Shown: positions 40,578-46,530 of the stretch, one piece after another
Position numbering within the stretch: the stretch's first letter is position 1
How the letters are laid out: the number at the start of each line of letters is the position of its first letter
NCBI GenBank assembly: GCA_002256025.1
Contig: NKIB01014168.1
Location: forward strand, 1 to 46,530
Source: Asterionella formosa
Taxonomy: Eukaryota
Reading direction: 5' to 3'
DNA: 46,530 nt
Position numbers and translations under genes: made by a program
The notes under the pieces: generated by a model
Told to the model about the DNA's origin: nothing
Databases searched by the model: none
What the model saw: the letters and a program-made list of their open reading frames with translations, nothing else

Positions 40578-40793
40578 ATTTTATGTTATGGTTCCTGCAT
40601 TTAACCCCTAGGCACAAATTATGAAATTGACGAGGCAAAAAATCATGCCTAGGTTTGTTGCTGAAGGTCCTTGGTATTGGGAGTTTTTGGGAGCTGTACC
40701 TGAATAACAATTGTTTCAAGACAGCAGTGGATAATCCGGGAATCGAACCTGCTCTCCTCAAATGGGGTGCGCTAACCACTTAAGCCATTCCCC
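40578..40793 (-). mobile_element. Putative tRNA-derived SINE (tRNA-like head 40793-40728)
   Basis: The minus strand reads GGGGAATGGCTTAAGTGGTTAGCGC...GGTTCGATTCCCGGATTATCCA, with Pol III A and B boxes but a broken anticodon arm and imperfect stems. The 3' motif is shared with 30127-30148. Confidence 0.55.
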
Positions 40794-41533
40794 AGCAGGA
40801 GAATATTTAAACAGAGTCGCAGTTATTCGAAAACAAGATGTGCCAGCCAGGTATATTGACAATTGATTTTGCAATTCCTGTCAGCAAAGAAAGAAAACTC
40901 TACAATTGACATGATAATTCCTCAAAGCATTTTGGATCAGATTAATGACCCCTGCCCACAGCAGATACATGCAATGATTGTAAGATTCAGCCTCCCCAAA
41001 TTGGGATCTATCTTTTTTGAAATTTATAATTTTGGAATGCTGCGCCAAGCACTACAAACTTGAACACATGGGGATGGCTACATTGCTATGAAAAAATGAA
41101 TTACTATGTAGAATTGAGGCTTTGAATGATGCATTCTTGAAGAGTTTATATATAAAAGGACAGGTAATAGTTCATAAATCAAACATAACTTTTAAACTCT
41201 AACCAAATGAAGTTATGCTTGGATGGGCTTTCATGTCAGAAATCAGAAATTGAGTGTATCCGCTTTCTAAAGTTGTATTGTATCATGTTTTATGTGCCTC
41301 AGAACACATGTGTTGCACACTTCATAAAATCCATGCCCAGCTATCTTACGAGTACAGTATCGGTATGATTCGCATGCTCCATGGCATCATATCATACACA
41401 TGCTCAGCAACTTCACATAACCAAATGTAGGACAACAAAAAGCTAACAAAAGAAAATTGGTGACTTATGATACAACTGGTTCTATTGCAAACAGGCGATC
41501 TAGCTAAATATTATTATATAGTAGAGCAGTTGC

Positions 41534-42136
41534 TTAGAAAAGGAGCATGTGTCCGGCAGCGAATTGCTCGTACATGGTCTGTCCAGTGGTGACTTCAGCG
41601 ATCATGTTGCCCATGATTCCCATCATTGCGGCACGTCCGTTGTTCAACTCAACATTAAGCTTGCGGGCCTTGTCAGCAGGGTCAACAACCTCGGTTCCGA
41701 AGTAGCCGACTCCGTAGTCTCCATCGTACTTGGAGGCAGGCATCCATGCAAGCTCGACAAGGGCGAAGAAGGCAAGGATTTGGGCAAGTCCGGCAGTGGG
41801 GATGGCGCGGATTCCATCACAGCCAATAGGGACATCCGAGAACTTGAGGTTGGCGGAAGGGGATAGGTACCCATCAAAGACAATGTGGTTGTTGTGGACA
41901 ATGGTTCCGACAACAGCAGTCATGGCAACACGTCCGTGCTTGCGCTCGACGGCACGACGACGCTCGAATGCCTCAGGCTCAGTCTCCAACCATCCAAGAG
42001 GATCGAAGACTCCGAGAGGCTCAGTGGCTCCAAGCTCAAGCTCGTTGACATTGAGGCTGGTGGAGACCTTACCTGATTGGGCAGGAGCAAAAGCAACAGC
42101 AGAGGCGACGGTGGCGGCAAGGATAGCAAGCTTCAT
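41534..42136 (-). CDS. Fucoxanthin-chlorophyll a/c binding protein, paralogue of 39415-40035
   Basis: Same LHC motifs and a closely similar protein, with a shorter C-terminus. Confidence 0.96.
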   Translation of the reverse strand: MKLAILAATVASAVAFAPAQSGKVSTSLNVNELELGATEPLGVFDPLGWLETEPEAFERRRAVERKHGRVAMTAVVGTIVHNNHIVFDGYLSPSANLKFSDVPIGCDGIRAIPTAGLAQILAFFALVELAWMPASKYDGDYGVGYFGTEVVDPADKARKLNVELNNGRAAMMGIMGNMIAEVTTGQTMYEQFAAGHMLLF

Positions 42137-42558
42137 GGTGAATGAGTATGGCGAAAAGTGTGATCTTTCAGGCATCTATATAGCGGTTGCGGAAGAAAGT
42201 CTGTCTTTCCGGGTTCGACTCACTCATTTCCATGTAGGATTCTCAGTATTGAAGATTTGTTTTCAAGCTTCAACCTCGCTCCGTAAAGGAACAAACCTAA
42301 AAAAAGCTCGACAAAAATGCATTGAGACAAGGAGGCAGGTTTCCTTCACCTCTTTATTATTATGAACATCCGCAAAACTAGAATGCGGTCCTCATTGAGC
42401 TAGGGGACCCATATTGGGATCTAAAAGAATGGTAACCTTAATGGATTCACGAATTGTTCAAGTGGAACAGGGAACGCAGCAACCTACTGTGACGACGATC
42501 TAACAGGGATAAAGTTTTGACTTTCATAACTGTTGAGTATAGGTGATTAGCACATCAT

Positions 42559-44934
42559 CTATTTTATCTGCTCTCCCCTTACTCGGAATTTGCGCTTCTT
42601 AATCTTCTTGGATGTTCCCTTTGTATCAGCGCCAGCCTCATGTAAGTTACCTAGGCGTGCCGCAACTACAACAAAACGTTTGCGTTTCTCCGCATGATTG
42701 CTGGCACCAGTCCTCCACAGACGATCAAAGTAACTGGTGCCCCCACCCCCACTTCTCTTATCAAATGCATGCCCGATCTCCGGAGAAGGAGATCCTTCGT
42801 AAAGGTGAACACAACATCCTTCGGGCCCAAATCTTTCAACCTCAGTGAAGCCATGGAGAGAAATCGACCCAAATAATCCATGCGGCAAGGTCGACAACGC
42901 TCGTACCATGGTTGCACAGATAAGGCGGGCATAAAATCGGTTGTCTGTTACAATGATCAAATTGCCTGTAACTTCGAGACAAACCATTGCACTTGTAAGT
43001 GTACTAGAAGCCAGCATATGGGCGGGCTCTTCGCCGGTTCCATCAGCTATGCTAGCTAGCACGACGTCATGAGATCCGAAGGTCTGCGTTGGCGGTTCGG
43101 GGTGGTTAACGAAAATGGCTGAGACAGACTCTGGACGTAGTCGCTCCCGAAGGAACGAACCCGCTTCCGCTCCAACACAGCTCAAATTCTTTAATTCCGG
43201 TTTGCTAAGTACTGCCTTTGCAAAAGCTTGGGCAACTCGATCAGATCTCATCTCGACTGAAACATAGTTGTCATGTGGATTCAGCCTTGCTTGCTCGGCA
43301 ATCCAATCACCAAAGCCTGCTCCGAGTTCTATCTTGAGCTTCCTGCGCTTCAACGTGCCTTCGTTTCGGTCTTGCAAAGACACATCCTTGAAAACAACGG
43401 GAAAGTGAAGAAAACCTTTCTTGTCCAGAACTGGAACGTTTCCGATATCGATCATTTCAAAAAGAGTTTTGCAACAAGAATCATTGAGCAAATCGTTCTT
43501 TACCAGATCAATGCCGTGAGGCTTAGATTTTGCACGAATTGATTCTTTCAAACCAAACGATAGCCATGACGTATTCAAGACATGCGTTTGGTATGTTCTT
43601 TCTGCTTTTTGGTTCTTGACCATTAAGCCAGTTGTCCCTCCACCAGAGAAGTAAAAAAGTCTTGTTGCGATCGACTTCGTGAAGATGCCTGGTTGACAAT
43701 CACGGTTTGAACAAACTTCAAATATCCATTTAGCTTCTGACTTGATCTCGGTCATGCGATGGGAACGAAACAAAGCATTTGACTCAGACCTACGAGAACT
43801 GCCTGCATCATCGCGCCATGCCCGCTTGCCGCCGTTGCCTCTGCCTTCTGGTAATTGCTTTCCCTGATTCTTGATGGCTGCAAAGGATACAGAATCTGCA
43901 GTAGATAGCACAAGTTGGGCAGTATCCTTCGCCTGTGGAAACTCCCCAAGTACAGCTTGTGCCCTTGCTAAGTTCAGCAAAGAAATAGCGAGTGTCTCAA
44001 GATTAGACGGATCATCACAATTAAATTCTGCAATTTTTCCGCCTCTCAATTTTGAGGAAACATTGTACTGCACCTTAAACTCGTTGATCTTGGTTTGTGC
44101 GTCTTGTGTTTGAAGGGCGAAACATAGCAAGGCAATGTAGTATTCGTACGATGAAGAGTCAAACGCTTCGTGCCCTGTCCTGTTTTCTCCGCAACAGATC
44201 CAGGCTTCTCGTGCGGTGACCACTCCTCCAGCAATGCATGGCTTGTTGTGAACTTCAACAGCAGCAACACTTGCAGCAGTCCAAAGGCATCCACGCAAGA
44301 GCGTATTGAGGGTTCTCACATTAGGCCCCTGTCTTCCCTTTTCTCTGCAAATTTTCTGGAACAAGGAGGCACCTTTATGCATCAAACCTGCATGAGCGTA
44401 CCCTTTCAGAAGAGCAGTGTTGGTTTCAATGTTGACTGGCATACCAATTTTGATCATGTTTTCTACAACTTTCTCTCCCTCATCAATGGCACCACATCTG
44501 GCGGAACAATCCACCACGATGCAAGCATGATGGGTATCTCGAATTGAATCGTTCGCCTTGTCCCAGTAAAGTTCCAAGGCTTCCTTGAGTCTCTTGTTTG
44601 TAGAACATTCCTTCAACTTTGCTGATAGCTCCAGGGCTGCTCGAGAGGGAGGTCCTGAGCGGTCTACTTTTAATCTTGTTGCTGATTGCTGACTGGATTC
44701 CATATGCAAATCAATATTGTATTTTTGATTTTGCTTCATTCCTGCAGTTGGTTTCTTGTCTATTCTCACCTCAGAAGGTGACTCCTTGGCTTCAGTTTTT
44801 CGCTTCTTTCGAGGGCGTCGCTGTTTGTTCCTGCTGATGGATTGTACAGACACAGAAGCATGCGGGTGGTTTGATTGTGAGTGTCTTGTTGTGGAGCTCA
44901 TCTGCATGATAGGCTTAGCAGTAGCTGTAGCCAT
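42559..44934 (-). CDS. PPR + TrmB-like tRNA (guanine-N7) methyltransferase fusion (PPR-TGM type)
   Basis: About 3 PPR-like 35-aa motifs (..VVDCSARCGAIDEGEKVVENMIKIGMPVN, IETNTALLKGYAHAG.., PNVRTLNTLLRGC). The C-terminal domain has IELGAGFGDW..QA..NP..NYVSVEMR, IFVNHPEP and IVTD. Confidence 0.82.
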   Translation of the reverse strand: MATATAKPIMQMSSTTRHSQSNHPHASVSVQSISRNKQRRPRKKRKTEAKESPSEVRIDKKPTAGMKQNQKYNIDLHMESSQQSATRLKVDRSGPPSRAALELSAKLKECSTNKRLKEALELYWDKANDSIRDTHHACIVVDCSARCGAIDEGEKVVENMIKIGMPVNIETNTALLKGYAHAGLMHKGASLFQKICREKGRQGPNVRTLNTLLRGCLWTAASVAAVEVHNKPCIAGGVVTAREAWICCGENRTGHEAFDSSSYEYYIALLCFALQTQDAQTKINEFKVQYNVSSKLRGGKIAEFNCDDPSNLETLAISLLNLARAQAVLGEFPQAKDTAQLVLSTADSVSFAAIKNQGKQLPEGRGNGGKRAWRDDAGSSRRSESNALFRSHRMTEIKSEAKWIFEVCSNRDCQPGIFTKSIATRLFYFSGGGTTGLMVKNQKAERTYQTHVLNTSWLSFGLKESIRAKSKPHGIDLVKNDLLNDSCCKTLFEMIDIGNVPVLDKKGFLHFPVVFKDVSLQDRNEGTLKRRKLKIELGAGFGDWIAEQARLNPHDNYVSVEMRSDRVAQAFAKAVLSKPELKNLSCVGAEAGSFLRERLRPESVSAIFVNHPEPPTQTFGSHDVVLASIADGTGEEPAHMLASSTLTSAMVCLEVTGNLIIVTDNRFYARLICATMVRALSTLPHGLFGSISLHGFTEVERFGPEGCCVHLYEGSPSPEIGHAFDKRSGGGGTSYFDRLWRTGASNHAEKRKRFVVVAARLGNLHEAGADTKGTSKKIKKRKFRVRGEQIK

Positions 44935-46530
44935 TGCTTCTCGTCGCTCTCCCTTTATCGATTCGGCGCCATGAAGAAAAGGTGCAAAAACCCTTCTTGA
45001 CTATTTTGACTTGTTGTGTACCTACCGAACTCTCCCCCTTGGCTGATGGCGCTTCATTTTATTTTTATACACACATCATGCATACCCGGTAAAACAATTT
45101 GCAGGAACCACAGGTCGGAGAATGCTGGTACCTGGTACCTGGTTACCTGGTATACTAGGTACGCGTAGTCAAAAGTATGTTGTTAAAGTATATGGAAATG
45201 AATAAAATTCATATTATTTTCTACACTCGCACAGGTACATGTGGTAGGAGGAACTAGTAATAGCTACTCCGTAATACCGTACCTGGCACCTGGTACCGGT
45301 ACTTATGATATTAAATTCCAAAGAAAGGTCCGGTAATCAGCGCATTGCGCGCACCAAAACTAAAAATTCCATGTATGAAAAGCACTTTCAAAGTACTTCA
45401 TTAGTAGTCTGCCCAGCTTACCAACACCAAAATGGTGAAAAATTTCAAAATATTTCCAAGTATTTACATTACCTGTTAGGGTTTTAAAGTTTCAAACTGA
45501 AAAGCGCTGCCACCTTACACAGCAGAATTGCTGACTTCCAGCCAACTTCAACTTGCTGACAACTGCTGACTTGATTCACTGAAAATTTGAAATATGCAAT
45601 GACTGCTGACTTCTTTTTCTGATTACTGACATGAAATCTCAGACGCTTACCTAACCACATGGAGCAGTCCTCATGACAGATGGAAATTTTGCCCTGGTAT
45701 GTCGTCTACTATGGGAATGTCAGCCATGCCAATGGCTATTTGAGGAATTTTTTATTTTCATTTCTTCACTTTCTTCTATAGACGAAATTTTTTTAACTTT
45801 TCACGATCCCCCCCTCTTTTGAAGGAGGAACCTCCGAAGATGGTGTTACCAGGTACCATCATGGTGACTTGCGAGCCGGTTGATTGCAACAAATTGAAAG
45901 GTTCATCATGGTTGATCTTGCTAATGATAACAAACAATACAGCTACTGCTATGAATCAAGGAGTATTAGTAGATGCATTGATTCACAATATATATCCTAT
46001 ATTTGTTAATTCAATTTCTACGAACATATAGAGTGAATAAATTGTCATCCAGAAGAATGGTGACATCGGAAGATTGTTGGATATGGCTGGACACCTCGTC
46101 ATGGGACGACAGCAGGAGTGGTGAAAAATTTAGGGTTCCGACAATTTTTGGGGGCGGGTACACTCCTGCCTTTTTCCGCATCTGAGTCTATAAACAGAAA
46201 ACGAGCAACCTGCACGCTATGTGCGCTGATTACCAGACCTTCCAGTTGCTTTGTATGTAGCATGAATATTATGTACTCCGAGTATATTATCTATCAGTAC
46301 CTGGTACTACCCACCTTCTTGATCATGCATCTAAGCCGCGTATTACGTGAAGTGACCATCACGTAAATAAGCCTAGTTGATTTTGAATGCATCACATGAA
46401 TTAGTTGAATACATCAAAATACGTAGTTGAACATGTCTATATATTATCTGAATACATCACGTTAAATATTTGATCAAAGTATCATGCATGCATTCCTGAT
46501 CATCACTATATTATGTGATCACCTTCACAT

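Noticed and set aside
40728..40793. Functional tRNA gene
   Set aside because: It is too short, has no clean anticodon stem-loop, and the acceptor and T stems are mismatched.

Overview
Eukaryotic nuclear DNA from a diatom. The evidence is two fucoxanthin-chlorophyll (LHC) genes, bipartite signal+ASAF-type plastid presequences, and short GT-AG introns. The window opens with the 3' end of a Ty3/Gypsy LTR retrotransposon (integrase, PPT, candidate 3' LTR). It then holds 18 host genes: FHA/kanadaptin-like, plastid Cpn60, kelch protein, AlaRS, ATG10, malic enzyme, a Cys-rich putative lumen protein, DUF3119, ECI1, Ub-RPL40, PPIL1, an EF-hand protein, CK2 alpha, WDR4/TRM82, a TPR-methyltransferase, two convergent LHC paralogues, and a PPR-TrmB fusion. 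The intergenic DNA is the more unusual part. It contains a pervasive CCAGGTA/GGTACC heptamer repeat, two TA-flanked MITE families, 216-bp direct repeats around a decayed 2.1-kb element, a three-copy hairpin array, and a tRNA-headed SINE-like element whose 3' motif recurs in a divergent promoter. Exon boundaries and identities were worked out by eye; no searches were run.
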